Assembly: GCA_963668015.2 (NCBI GenBank) | Contig: CAXXCR010000012.1 | Location: 162,892-226,891, forward strand | Direction: 5' to 3' | From: an uncultured Ilyobacter sp. | GTDB taxonomy: Bacteria; Fusobacteriota; Fusobacteriia; Fusobacteriales; Fusobacteriaceae | DNA: 64,000 nt | In this document: positions 19,001 to 27,645 of the stretch, one piece after another | Numbering within the stretch: position 1 is the stretch's first letter | How the letters are laid out: each line of letters opens with the position of its first letter | Notes under the pieces: model-generated | What the model saw: the letters and a program-made list of their open reading frames with translations, nothing else | The model's database searches: none | What the model was told of the DNA's origin: nothing | Program-made: the position numbers and the translations under genes

Positions 19001-19375
19001 CCAAAATACACTGAAGGCGATGCTGTTGTTAAGCTCACAGGGACCTTTACGTCTGAAAATATGAGCAGAAAAAAAGACTATTATATAAGCGTAGAAAAAG
19101 AGTCTAAAAAAGAGTATTTGAAAAGGGAACTTTCTGCAATAAACATAGGGAGCTATCCTATAGGAGCTACTTCGGTTAATCTTCCCGAAAAGTTTGGAAG
19201 AATTAAAGTTGAATGGGAATCCTTAGGAAGCTTTATAGATTCTACAGGGAAAATTGTGGCAAAACTAAAGAATGGGCCGGTTTTAAAAGGGGCATTTAAT
19301 TTCGAAGATCAGCTTGTTGAAAAGACTTTTTCTGCACTTATTGGAAGCAGAGAGTTTAAGTTGGTTTCCAAATAA
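16100..19375 (+). CDS. Membrane-anchored LptC-like / tandem LptA(OstA)-like repeat protein with C-terminal Ig-like module
   Basis: 1091 aa with one N-terminal TM helix. Recurrent OstA/LptA-type motifs, e.g. IKSDKAKYDNLNKKAEFTGNVVLEKGGTTMWADETYYD and IKSNRADYDLEKGEAQFVGDV. Lies 21 nt upstream of lptB. Confidence 0.65.
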   Translation: MLKKILYILGALLFALFIYFNYFKEDSPLNFDLSNIIETRGVVYRSKDYKLRAETQIDDIEKKETSFEKAKAIFKNMSISSDSAMIDTLKNLVLHGNIVGVGKNGWNLNANKARYSSTSEKLYSEGGVHAYNEEKKIAIYGDKFESDKKMEDMILSGNIRMESQGLKLKGEEAHYNNSTELLEMDDGIEFSAVQEDGGTPVTGSFDELEYDGKKKLVRGWGNVVAKYNGIEMMAEEFIYYEDSGDFELLENLKAVGDDLDLGLKKIYYDSSKKEMLLYGEIKGKSGEYSFSAANGVYYLESKLLVLNGKVSILGEKGDTVKAELIEYNTDSGVALFSAPQKGVVEYISGKERLSSKNFRYNLKSKEISTESSYRYSGEKYSSTGDSINYNTEGKKGVLKGARIEDGKNLLRASEAYVDFTTSKHVLSGDVFARYDGYEIRTERADIDEIEELIRFDRQFELKQLENGVKLSGSGGYYSAKDKFAKISKDARVSNTEYTIKSNRADYDLEKGEAQFVGDVQAKDVERGYILRSDSGKYKKDQYISLDGGVEAEVDGYKISSDSAKYDSIEELLYLPGKVKFSDNDISGEMNEGYYDSENKTFSGRNFYAVPQGRKLSGENGRYYSQGKILELSGNVLVRDGEMEGSAQSLRYYNATSYAVADKGVELNYSGISMDSHWAEIDMEAGKAHGGEVVFRDVNGQNIKGNRYSVDFKDNVLKLSEDVSGTLVLESSPETSSDSEELYFKSGILNLFLKKESGKYTAYKSELRNSVDLDYGDLRLSAQELLLNHISREAEARGGSKLEYAGGNEILSDNLNLISDNQIAVADGNVSVKSVSEEAGEVYIKSDKAKYDNLNKKAEFTGNVVLEKGGTTMWADETYYDLKKEQVKGKGNVFVEHLSDVESEKKKEEAKKAVLLSKIKSAMLDVQVQEFVGNDKAKIELTPAWNNVNIQWESSDAKILSGEGKVRHPKYTEGDAVVKLTGTFTSENMSRKKDYYISVEKESKKEYLKRELSAINIGSYPIGATSVNLPEKFGRIKVEWESLGSFIDSTGKIVAKLKNGPVLKGAFNFEDQLVEKTFSALIGSREFKLVSK

Positions 19376-19396
19376 AATTCAGAAGGAGTTAAACTT

Positions 19397-20122
19397 ATGA
19401 AATCAATTATAGCCAAGGACCTATGCAAGTCATACAAAAAAAGAAGAGTAGTAGACGGTGTAAGTCTTGAGGTAAACAAGGGAGAAATAGTGGGACTTCT
19501 GGGGCCAAACGGAGCAGGTAAGACAACTACTTTTTACATGATAACAGGGATAGTAAAACCGGAAACCGGTAGTGTATTTTTAAACGAAGTAGATATAACC
19601 GGCTACCCAATGTACAAGAGAGCCAGGCTGGGCATAGGGTATCTGGCGCAGGAACCGTCGGTGTTTAGAAATCTGAGTGTGGAGGAGAATATACTTTCCA
19701 TCCTCGAGATGAGGAATATAGAAAAAAAAGAGAGAAAAGAGAGTATGGAGCAGCTCCTGGAGGAGTTTAAGCTCACACATGTAGCAAAATCACTTGGGTA
19801 TGCACTTTCTGGAGGAGAGAGAAGAAGAGTGGAAATAGCGAGAACTATAGCAAATAATCCGGATTTTATTCTTTTGGATGAGCCTTTTGCAGGGGTGGAC
19901 CCTATAGCTGTGGAGGATATACAGAATATTGTAAGGTATCTGAAACAGAAAGGTCTGGGGATACTTATAACCGACCACAGCGTAAGAGAAACATTGAGCA
20001 TAACAGAAAGGGCGTACATAATGGCCGAAGGGAAGGTCCTTATAAGCGGTACCCCTGAAGAAATTTCAAATGACGATACAGCAAGAAGAATATACCTCGG
20101 CCAGGGGTTCAAATTGGACTAA
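19397..20122 (+). CDS. lptB: LPS export ABC transporter ATP-binding protein LptB
   Basis: 241 aa. Walker [10 protein letters not shown], signature [13 protein letters not shown], Walker [13 protein letters not shown], and an LptB-type C-terminus (RIYLGQGF). Confidence 0.93.
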   Translation: MKSIIAKDLCKSYKKRRVVDGVSLEVNKGEIVGLLGPNGAGKTTTFYMITGIVKPETGSVFLNEVDITGYPMYKRARLGIGYLAQEPSVFRNLSVEENILSILEMRNIEKKERKESMEQLLEEFKLTHVAKSLGYALSGGERRRVEIARTIANNPDFILLDEPFAGVDPIAVEDIQNIVRYLKQKGLGILITDHSVRETLSITERAYIMAEGKVLISGTPEEISNDDTARRIYLGQGFKLD

Positions 20123-20161
20123 AAGCTATGTTCTCTTGTAGTACTATCAAAATAAATTAAT

Positions 20162-20190
20162 TTGACAATTAATTTTAAATCTTATATTAT
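20162..20190 (+). promoter_or_regulatory. Sigma70-like promoter for alaS
   Basis: TTGACA (20162-20167), 17-nt spacer, TATTAT (20185-20190). Confidence 0.55.
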
Positions 20191-20226
20191 ATCTTTGGAA
20201 AATAGGCTTTTAGGAAGGAGAACAAA

Positions 20227-22833
20227 ATGCTTTCAGGAAACGAAATAAGAAGCAAGTTTATAGAATTTTTTAAAGAAAAAGAACACAAGCACTATGAGAG
20301 TGCATCACTTATACCGGATGACCCCACTCTGCTTTTGACAGTGGCAGGGATGGTACCGTTTAAACCATTCTTTTTAGGACAAAAAGAAGCACCTAACAAG
20401 AGGGTAACAACATATCAAAAATGTATAAGAACAAACGATTTAGAAAACGTGGGCAGAACTGCAAGACACCACACTTTTTTTGAGATGCTGGGGAACTTTT
20501 CTTTTGGTGATTACTTCAAAGAGGAGTCTATAAAATGGTCGTGGGAGTTCGTGACAGAGGTTTTGAAACTGGATAAAAGCAAACTTTGGATTTCCGTATA
20601 CAACGATGACGATGAAAGTGAAAAAATATGGATTGAAAAAATAGGAGTACCAAAAGACAGAGTGGTAAGACTTGGAGAGGACGACAACTGGTGGTCTGCA
20701 GGTCCAGTTGGATCGTGCGGGCCATGTTCTGAGATACACTATGATCAGGGAGAAACTTTTGGATGCGGTCCTGAATGTAAACTTGGGTGTGAATGCGACA
20801 GCGACAGATACTTAGAAATATGGAACCTTGTATTTACAGAGTGGAACAGGCTAGAGGATGGTTCTCTTGCCCCGCTTCCTAAGAAAAATATAGATACTGG
20901 TGCTGGACTTGAAAGAATAGCAGCAATTGCACAAGGAAAAGAAAACAACTTTGAAACAGACCTTCTTTTCCCAATACTTGAAGCAGCTGCAAAAGAATGC
21001 GGTGTAAAATATAAGACTGATGACGAGAAAGATTTCTCTCTAAAGGTTATAACAGATCATGCCAGAGCAATAAGCTTTTTAATCAACGACGGGGTTCTTC
21101 CTTCGAATGAGGGGAGAGGGTACGTACTTAGAAGAATACTTAGAAGAGCTGCAAGACATGGAAGACTTTTGGGGAAACAAGAAATTTTCCTTTACAAACT
21201 GGTGGATTTTGTAGTAGATATAATGGGAGGGGCTTATCCTGACTTAATCGACAACAAAGAGCACATACAGAAAGTTATAAGAATAGAGGAAGAAAAATTC
21301 TCGCACACACTTGACCAAGGAATACAAATGGTTAACGGTGAAATAAAAAAACTTAAAGCTGAAGGTAAAGAAAAGCTGGATGCAGAGACTGTCTTTAAAC
21401 TTTATGATACATACGGATTCCCTTATGAGTTGACTGAAGAGATCTGTGATGAGCACTCTGTAAAAATAAACTTTGACGAGTTCAAAGAAAAGATGGAGGA
21501 GCAAAAAGAGAGAGCCAGAAATGCAAGGGAAGTAGTAAAAGAAAAAGGTCAGGACAAATTCATAGAAGAGTTCTACGACAAATACGGAAAATCTGTGTTC
21601 GATGGGTATGAAAACTTTGAAATAGATGGGACTGTCTACCATGCAAAAGAACTTTCAGACGGGAAATTCATGGTAATATTTGACAGAACACCTTTTTACG
21701 CTGAATCCGGTGGACAGGCAGCAGATCATGGGACTATAAGCGGAGATGGGATAAAAGGTAAGGTAGTTGGAGTTCAAAAACAAAAAGAGATATACCTGCA
21801 CACGGTGAAAATAGAAGAGGGGGCTGAAAACCTGAAAAAAGGCGTTAAGCTGCACCTTGCTGTGGACAAGTATAGAAGAAACCAGATAAAAAGAAACCAT
21901 ACTGCAACTCACCTTCTACACAAGGCGTTAAAAGAAGTAGTTGGATCTCATGTACAGCAGGCTGGGTCATTGGTTGATGAAGACAGGCTTAGATTTGACT
22001 TTACACACTACGAGGCTGTTACAAGAGATCAGCTTGAAAAAGTAGAAGAGATAGTAAACAGGGTTGTATTCGAAAACCTTGAACTGGATGTAAACCTTAT
22101 GGAAATAGATCAAGCCAAAGAAAAAGGGGCAACTGCTCTTTTCGGCGACAAGTATGGAGACCTGGTAAGGGTTGTAGATGTACCTGGATTCTCTATGGAA
22201 CTTTGCGGGGGAACACATGTTGATAGAACAGGCGAAATAGGTCTTTTCAATATATTGACTGAAACTGGTATAGCAGCTGGTACTAGAAGAATAGAGGCAA
22301 CCACTGGATACATGAGTTTTAAAGTTGTGAACCAGATGGAAAGAATGCTACTTAGTGTGTCGGACACATTAAAAACTGATATAGGACATCTTGAGGAAAA
22401 AGCTGAAAAGCTTATGGAAGAGCTTAAAGAGACACAAAAAGAGCTTGAAAAATCAAAGTCTAAAATGGCCAACTATGAGGCAAACCAGCTATTTGACAAT
22501 GTGGAAGATATAAACGGAGTCAAGGTACTGGTGAAAGCATTCAAGGATAAGGAAGCTGGGTCACTTAGAGAGATAGTGGACAAGGCAAAGGATAAACTTG
22601 GATCATGTGTGGTGATACTCGGTACCGACAACGGCAAGGCTGTATTCTCTGTAGGGGTGACAAAGGACCTTATAGGAAAAGTAAAGGCTGGTGACCTGGT
22701 AAGAGAGATAGCCAAGATGGCTGGTGGAAACGGTGGAGGAAGACCGGACTTCGCCCAGGCAGGCGGGAAAGACGGTTCTAAAGTTTCAGAAGCTGTTGCA
22801 TTTGGAAAACAACTGTTAAATGATAAATTATAA
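20227..22833 (+). CDS. alaS: Alanine--tRNA ligase
   Basis: 868 aa. Class II AlaRS motifs (FFEMLGNFSFGDYFK, WSAGPVGSCGPCSEIHYD), editing-domain HxxxH (NHTATHLLH), C-terminal DHHA1-like domain. Confidence 0.97.
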   Translation: MLSGNEIRSKFIEFFKEKEHKHYESASLIPDDPTLLLTVAGMVPFKPFFLGQKEAPNKRVTTYQKCIRTNDLENVGRTARHHTFFEMLGNFSFGDYFKEESIKWSWEFVTEVLKLDKSKLWISVYNDDDESEKIWIEKIGVPKDRVVRLGEDDNWWSAGPVGSCGPCSEIHYDQGETFGCGPECKLGCECDSDRYLEIWNLVFTEWNRLEDGSLAPLPKKNIDTGAGLERIAAIAQGKENNFETDLLFPILEAAAKECGVKYKTDDEKDFSLKVITDHARAISFLINDGVLPSNEGRGYVLRRILRRAARHGRLLGKQEIFLYKLVDFVVDIMGGAYPDLIDNKEHIQKVIRIEEEKFSHTLDQGIQMVNGEIKKLKAEGKEKLDAETVFKLYDTYGFPYELTEEICDEHSVKINFDEFKEKMEEQKERARNAREVVKEKGQDKFIEEFYDKYGKSVFDGYENFEIDGTVYHAKELSDGKFMVIFDRTPFYAESGGQAADHGTISGDGIKGKVVGVQKQKEIYLHTVKIEEGAENLKKGVKLHLAVDKYRRNQIKRNHTATHLLHKALKEVVGSHVQQAGSLVDEDRLRFDFTHYEAVTRDQLEKVEEIVNRVVFENLELDVNLMEIDQAKEKGATALFGDKYGDLVRVVDVPGFSMELCGGTHVDRTGEIGLFNILTETGIAAGTRRIEATTGYMSFKVVNQMERMLLSVSDTLKTDIGHLEEKAEKLMEELKETQKELEKSKSKMANYEANQLFDNVEDINGVKVLVKAFKDKEAGSLREIVDKAKDKLGSCVVILGTDNGKAVFSVGVTKDLIGKVKAGDLVREIAKMAGGNGGGRPDFAQAGGKDGSKVSEAVAFGKQLLNDKL

Positions 22834-22884
22834 AGTAAGGGTGAGTTATGCTCACTTCTTGCTTTTTATTCGGGAGAAAATAAG

Positions 22885-23307
22885 ATGAAGAAATATCTGG
22901 CTCTGGATATAGGCGATGTGCGTATAGGAGTGGCAAAATCAGACATAATGGGGATGTTTGCGTCTCCGCTTGAAGTTATTGATAGAAGAAAAACAAAGGC
23001 AGTGAAACGTATAAAAGAGATCTGTGTAGTTGAGAACACAAAGAATATAGTAGTTGGGATCCCTAAAAGTCTGGATGGAACCGAAAAAAGACAGGCTGAA
23101 AAAGTAAGGGAATTCTTGGGAAAACTAGAAAAAGAGATAAAAGGTTTGAACATAATAGAAGTTGATGAAAGATTTTCAACTGTTTCTGCAGACCGGATGC
23201 TAAATGAAATGACTAAAAAAGATGCAAAACAGAAAAGAAAGGTTGTAGACAAGGTAGCTGCAACAATTATTCTGCAGACCTACCTTGATATGAATAGTAG
23301 AAAATAA
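22885..23307 (+). CDS. ruvX: Holliday-junction resolvase-like protein RuvX/YqgF
   Basis: 140 aa. LALDIGDVRIGVA N-terminus and DERFSTVSA motif typical of YqgF. Confidence 0.9.
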   Translation: MKKYLALDIGDVRIGVAKSDIMGMFASPLEVIDRRKTKAVKRIKEICVVENTKNIVVGIPKSLDGTEKRQAEKVREFLGKLEKEIKGLNIIEVDERFSTVSADRMLNEMTKKDAKQKRKVVDKVAATIILQTYLDMNSRK

Positions 23308-23339
23308 AAAGAGTTTTTAACTCAACGGGGGAGGACATC

Positions 23340-24560
23340 ATGAGAAAATCACTAGTTATTAAACTTGTACTAATCCTTATTGTCTTGTGTGGCGCTGCAT
23401 GGCTCAGTTTTGTAAAGCCTACAAAATTAGGTCTTGACCTAAAAGGTGGAGTTTATGTTGTTCTTGAGGCAAAGTCTGAAGAGGGGGAAGTAATCGACAA
23501 TTCCGCAATGGAAAGGCTTACAGAAGTGCTGGATAGAAGAATAAACGGTCTCGGTGTAGCAGAGTCTGTTGTGCAAAGATCAGGTGAGAAAAGGGTAATT
23601 ATCGAACTTCCTGGAGTAAAAGATACCGAGGAAGCGATAAAACTTATCGGTAAAACTGCACTTTTGGAATTCAAACTGGTAAATGAAGATGAAAGTCTTG
23701 GAGAAACACTTTTAACAGGTAAAGACCTGGTGAAAGCCGACGTAACATATGATAATTTAGGAAGGCCTCAGATTGCATTTGAATTAAATGCAGAGGGGGC
23801 AAAACTGTTTGCGGAAATAACTAGAAAAAATATAGGTAAAAAATTAGCAATTACACTGGATGGAGAGATTCAAACAGCTCCGGTGATAAACACTGAGATA
23901 CCTGGAGGAGCGGGTGTGATAACAGGAAACTACACTGTAGAGGAAGCAAAGGCTACAGCTACACTTTTAAATGCAGGGGCCTTACCTGTAAAAGCAGAAA
24001 TACTTGAAACTCGTGCAGTAGGTGCTTCATTAGGAGACGTTTCTATAGCTAAGAGTAAAAAAGCTGCTATAATTGCAGTAATGCTAATAACTGTATTTAT
24101 GGTTTTATGGTACAGAATTCCAGGATTAGTTGCAGATTTGGCTCTTTTTAGTTTTGGACTGCTGGCTTTTGGAACTTTGAACTTCTTAGATGCTACATTG
24201 ACATTGCCAGGTATAGCGGGACTTATACTTTCACTTGGAATGGCAGTAGATGCCAACGTAATCATATTTGAAAGAATAAAAGAGGAACTTAGATACGGAA
24301 ATACCATATTATCTTCTATAGAAAGCGGCTTCAAAAAAGCCTTCACGGCTATTTTCGACTCGAACCTGACTACCCTTATAATAACATTTATACTATTTAC
24401 AATGGGTACAGGTCCTGTAAAAGGGTTCGCCATAACATTAACGATAGGTATATTTGCTTCGATGTTTACGGCTATAACATTTACCAGAATTTTACTTAAA
24501 GGTTTCGTAATTCTATTTAAAATTGAGAAGCCTGAACTATTTGGTGTTAGGGGGAACTAA
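23340..24560 (+). CDS. secD: Protein translocase subunit SecD
   Basis: 406 aa. LGLDLKGGV motif, periplasmic domain, then six C-terminal TM segments. Confidence 0.93.
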   Translation: MRKSLVIKLVLILIVLCGAAWLSFVKPTKLGLDLKGGVYVVLEAKSEEGEVIDNSAMERLTEVLDRRINGLGVAESVVQRSGEKRVIIELPGVKDTEEAIKLIGKTALLEFKLVNEDESLGETLLTGKDLVKADVTYDNLGRPQIAFELNAEGAKLFAEITRKNIGKKLAITLDGEIQTAPVINTEIPGGAGVITGNYTVEEAKATATLLNAGALPVKAEILETRAVGASLGDVSIAKSKKAAIIAVMLITVFMVLWYRIPGLVADLALFSFGLLAFGTLNFLDATLTLPGIAGLILSLGMAVDANVIIFERIKEELRYGNTILSSIESGFKKAFTAIFDSNLTTLIITFILFTMGTGPVKGFAITLTIGIFASMFTAITFTRILLKGFVILFKIEKPELFGVRGN

Positions 24561-24563
24561 AAA

Positions 24564-25448
24564 GTGAAAATAGATCTTATAAAAAATACAAAAATTTGGC
24601 TTGGAATTTCGGGCATACTAATAGCAGTGGCGTTATTCGGTTTAATATTTAAGGGGCTTAATTATGGAATCGACTTTACCGGAGGAAATCTTTTTCAATT
24701 GAAATTTGAAAAAGAGGTAACTTTGGACACTTTGAATCCGGTATTGGACGATATAGCTAAAGATATAGAGCAACTTGACTCTAGAAGCAGAAAGGTTCAA
24801 ATTTCAGACGGTAATGTCGCAATAATAAGAACTCCTGAGATGTCCGAGGATGAGAAAACTAAGTTTTTGAGTCAGCTTGAATCGCATTCTAAATACGAGC
24901 TTCAAAAGAGTGAGAAAGTTGGAGCTTCAATCGGTTCCGAGCTTAAAAGAACAGCTGTATATGCACTAATAATAGGTGGATTATTGATAGTTTTATACAT
25001 AACTCTTAGATTTGAATTTAAGTTTGCACTTGCTGCTATAATCGCTCTGTTTCACGATATAATTATAGCAGTTGGTTTTATGGCAATTTTAGGATATGAA
25101 CTGAATACACCTTTTATTGCCGCTGTTTTAACTATACTAGGTTACTCTATAAACGATACTATAGTTGTGTTCGACAGGATAAGGGAGAATTTGAAAAGGA
25201 AAAATATAGGTTCGCTGGCAGAATCTATAAATATAAGCATAACTCAAGTTATGACTAGGTCAATAAATACATCTTTGACGACATTTTTGGCGGTTATAGC
25301 TATACTGATTTTCGGAGGAGATTCACTTAAAACTTTTATAACAACACTTTTAATAGGGGTTGTTGTAGGAACGTACTCTTCTATATTTGTTGCTAGTCCA
25401 GTTGTAAATATTTTAGAAAAGAAAGAAAAAGTAACGGAGGTTCAATAA
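24564..25448 (+). CDS. secF: Protein translocase subunit SecF
   Basis: 294 aa with GTG start. GIDFTGG motif, and YSINDTIVVFDRIREN typical of SecF. Confidence 0.93.
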   Translation: MKIDLIKNTKIWLGISGILIAVALFGLIFKGLNYGIDFTGGNLFQLKFEKEVTLDTLNPVLDDIAKDIEQLDSRSRKVQISDGNVAIIRTPEMSEDEKTKFLSQLESHSKYELQKSEKVGASIGSELKRTAVYALIIGGLLIVLYITLRFEFKFALAAIIALFHDIIIAVGFMAILGYELNTPFIAAVLTILGYSINDTIVVFDRIRENLKRKNIGSLAESINISITQVMTRSINTSLTTFLAVIAILIFGGDSLKTFITTLLIGVVVGTYSSIFVASPVVNILEKKEKVTEVQ

Positions 25449-25654
25449 TGAGATATACCAGTGAAAGAATTGGAAAAAATGCGGGTGAAATATGGGAATC
25501 TTTAAGTATTACGTCTAACCAAACTCTTTCATCGCTTGAAAAGACTACAGGATTAAAAAAGGAAGACTTGCTTCTTGCGATAGGTTGGCTTATGAAAGAA
25601 GACAAACTTGTGTCTGAAAAGTTTGGCAAGTCAATAAAATTTACATTAAAGTAG
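25448..25654 (+). CDS. Small winged-helix protein (DUF2582-like)
   Basis: 68 aa. IGKNAGEIWESL...LLLAIGWLMKEDKL pattern. Its ATG shares one nucleotide with the secF TAA stop. Confidence 0.6.
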   Translation: MRYTSERIGKNAGEIWESLSITSNQTLSSLEKTTGLKKEDLLLAIGWLMKEDKLVSEKFGKSIKFTLK

Positions 25655-25657
25655 AAT

Positions 25658-25690
25658 ATATTCCCTTGCCTTTTGGCAAGGGAATATTTC
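25658..25690 (+). terminator. Hairpin terminator after the secDF-wHTH unit
   Basis: 13-bp perfect stem ATATTCCCTTGCC / GGCAAGGGAATAT with TTTT loop. The trailing T-tract is short. Confidence 0.6.
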
Positions 25691-25909
25691 AATACAAGAA
25701 AATTTTTAATAAAAATTTCTTTGTAAGTTATTGATTTTATCATATTTTCTTTTACAAAAAATAAAGAAAGCCTTTATAAAATCAATAATTTGCTAAGAAG
25801 GCTAGCTTATTAGATAAAATAAATAAAAAACAGGTGGTCTAGCTAAGATGCATAGAATTTGCGGATAAATAAAAGTAGGCCGGGGATCAAATTAAAAGGG
25901 GAATATTGA

Positions 25910-27085
25910 ATGGCGAGAGTAATTTTAAACAGAGGAAAAGATAAGAAAATAAGGAACTTTTATCCAAATGTTTTTAAGGATGAGATAAAGGAGATCATAG
26001 GAGATGTAAAAAACGGGGATGTAGTGGACGTATGCGACAGTGAGATGGGATTTGTTGGAAGGGGTTACGTTACTGAAAACACATCATCTTTCATAAGAGT
26101 TCTTACTACAACAGATGAACCGATAGACAAAAAATTTATAATGAATAAAATAAAAACTGCATATGAAAGAAGAAAGCACTTGGAGGAAGAGACAAACTGC
26201 TCAAGAATCTTTTTTTCCGAAGCTGATGGAATTCCTGGACTTATTGTGGATAAATTTGACAAATATCTTTCAGTTCAGTTCAGAAATTCTGGTATAGACG
26301 TATTTAGACAGCAGATTATAAATGCGTTGAAAAAAGTGGTAAAACCAAAGGGGATATATGAACGTTCTGATGTTGAAAACAGGACAAATGAAGGGGCAGA
26401 ACAAAAAACCGGAGTAATATACGGAGAGATCCCAGATGAAATTATAATGGAAGATAATGGATTGAAATATATTGTGGATATAATCGGTGGACAGAAGACA
26501 GGTTTCTTTTTAGACCAGAGAGACAGCAGAAAGTTTATCAGAAAATATCTAAACGAGAAAACTAAATTTTTGGATGTATTTTCTTCCAGCGGAGGATTTT
26601 CAATAGCTGCACTTAAAGAAGGCTGCGAGAAAGTAGTTGCTATCGATAAAGAACCGCATGCCATAAAGCTGTGTTATGAGAACTATAAGTTAAACGGTTT
26701 TACAGGAAATTTTCAAACAAACGAAGGAGATGCCTTTACACTACTGGAAGTTATGGCAAAACGTGGAGAAAAATATGACGTTATAACCTTGGATCCACCA
26801 TCACTCATTAAGAAAAAATCGGATATAAAAAGAGGTAGGGATTTTTTCTATAAACTTTGCAACGACAGTTTTAAAATGCTAGATAAAGGTGGTATACTAG
26901 GGGTAATAACTTGCGCATACCATATATCTTTGCAAGACTTACTGGAAGTTACCAGAATGGCTGCTTCTAAAAATGGAAAACTTTTACAAGTTATCGGTGT
27001 TAACTACCAGCCTTCAGACCATCCTTGGATACTGCATGTTCCGGAGACTCTTTACTTAAAAGCTTTGTGGGTAAGGGTAGTATAA
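25910..27085 (+). CDS. Class I SAM-dependent rRNA methyltransferase, RlmI/YwbD-like (PUA + MTase)
   Basis: 391 aa. N-terminal PUA-like region. QKTGFFLDQR motif and a SAM-binding fold (VLDVFSSSGGFS, ITLDPPS). Confidence 0.8.
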   Translation: MARVILNRGKDKKIRNFYPNVFKDEIKEIIGDVKNGDVVDVCDSEMGFVGRGYVTENTSSFIRVLTTTDEPIDKKFIMNKIKTAYERRKHLEEETNCSRIFFSEADGIPGLIVDKFDKYLSVQFRNSGIDVFRQQIINALKKVVKPKGIYERSDVENRTNEGAEQKTGVIYGEIPDEIIMEDNGLKYIVDIIGGQKTGFFLDQRDSRKFIRKYLNEKTKFLDVFSSSGGFSIAALKEGCEKVVAIDKEPHAIKLCYENYKLNGFTGNFQTNEGDAFTLLEVMAKRGEKYDVITLDPPSLIKKKSDIKRGRDFFYKLCNDSFKMLDKGGILGVITCAYHISLQDLLEVTRMAASKNGKLLQVIGVNYQPSDHPWILHVPETLYLKALWVRVV

Positions 27086-27106
27086 AATAAAAAACAGGTG
27101 ATAGAG

Positions 27107-27643
27107 ATGTATTTGGATATTTGTTTACTAACAATAGTGTTTATATCTGTATTTTTGGGTTATAAAAAAGGTGTTTTACTTGAAATTTTTTCTTTTGTAG
27201 GGGTTATAGTGGCAGTACTTGCAACAAAAACTTTGACTCCAAAAATAATAAAGTTTTTTAAAGTGACAGTGGATAGAGAGGATAAATTTAATTATATACT
27301 TTTGTATTTTATAGTTTTTTGTATCCTTTATTTATTGATCATTATATGTACCTCTATTTTGAAAAAAATCAGTCAGGGAGGAATTTTAAGGTCTGTAGAC
27401 CAGCTAATCGGTGGGATTGTAGGTCTTTTAAAAGGGCTTATAATTGCATTGGTATTCTTGGTACTTGTTATATTTTTTAGCAAGTACAGCAAAAAAGTTG
27501 ATGAATTTGGTAAAAAGTCCTACTCTAAAAAGTATTTTTTGGAGTATTCGTCAAAGTTCGAAGGGGTTTTACCAAAAGAGATTAAAAATATGCTTGAGGA
27601 TTTCAAATATGAAGGAAGAATTGAAAAGTATTTAGAGGAGTAA
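27107..27643 (+). CDS. CvpA-family membrane protein
   Basis: About 178 aa with four TM segments. N-terminus DICLLTIVFISVFLGYKKG is typical of CvpA. ATG 27107 is preferred over GTG 27098 on RBS spacing. Confidence 0.7.
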   Translation: MYLDICLLTIVFISVFLGYKKGVLLEIFSFVGVIVAVLATKTLTPKIIKFFKVTVDREDKFNYILLYFIVFCILYLLIIICTSILKKISQGGILRSVDQLIGGIVGLLKGLIIALVFLVLVIFFSKYSKKVDEFGKKSYSKKYFLEYSSKFEGVLPKEIKNMLEDFKYEGRIEKYLEE

Positions 27644-27645
27644 TA

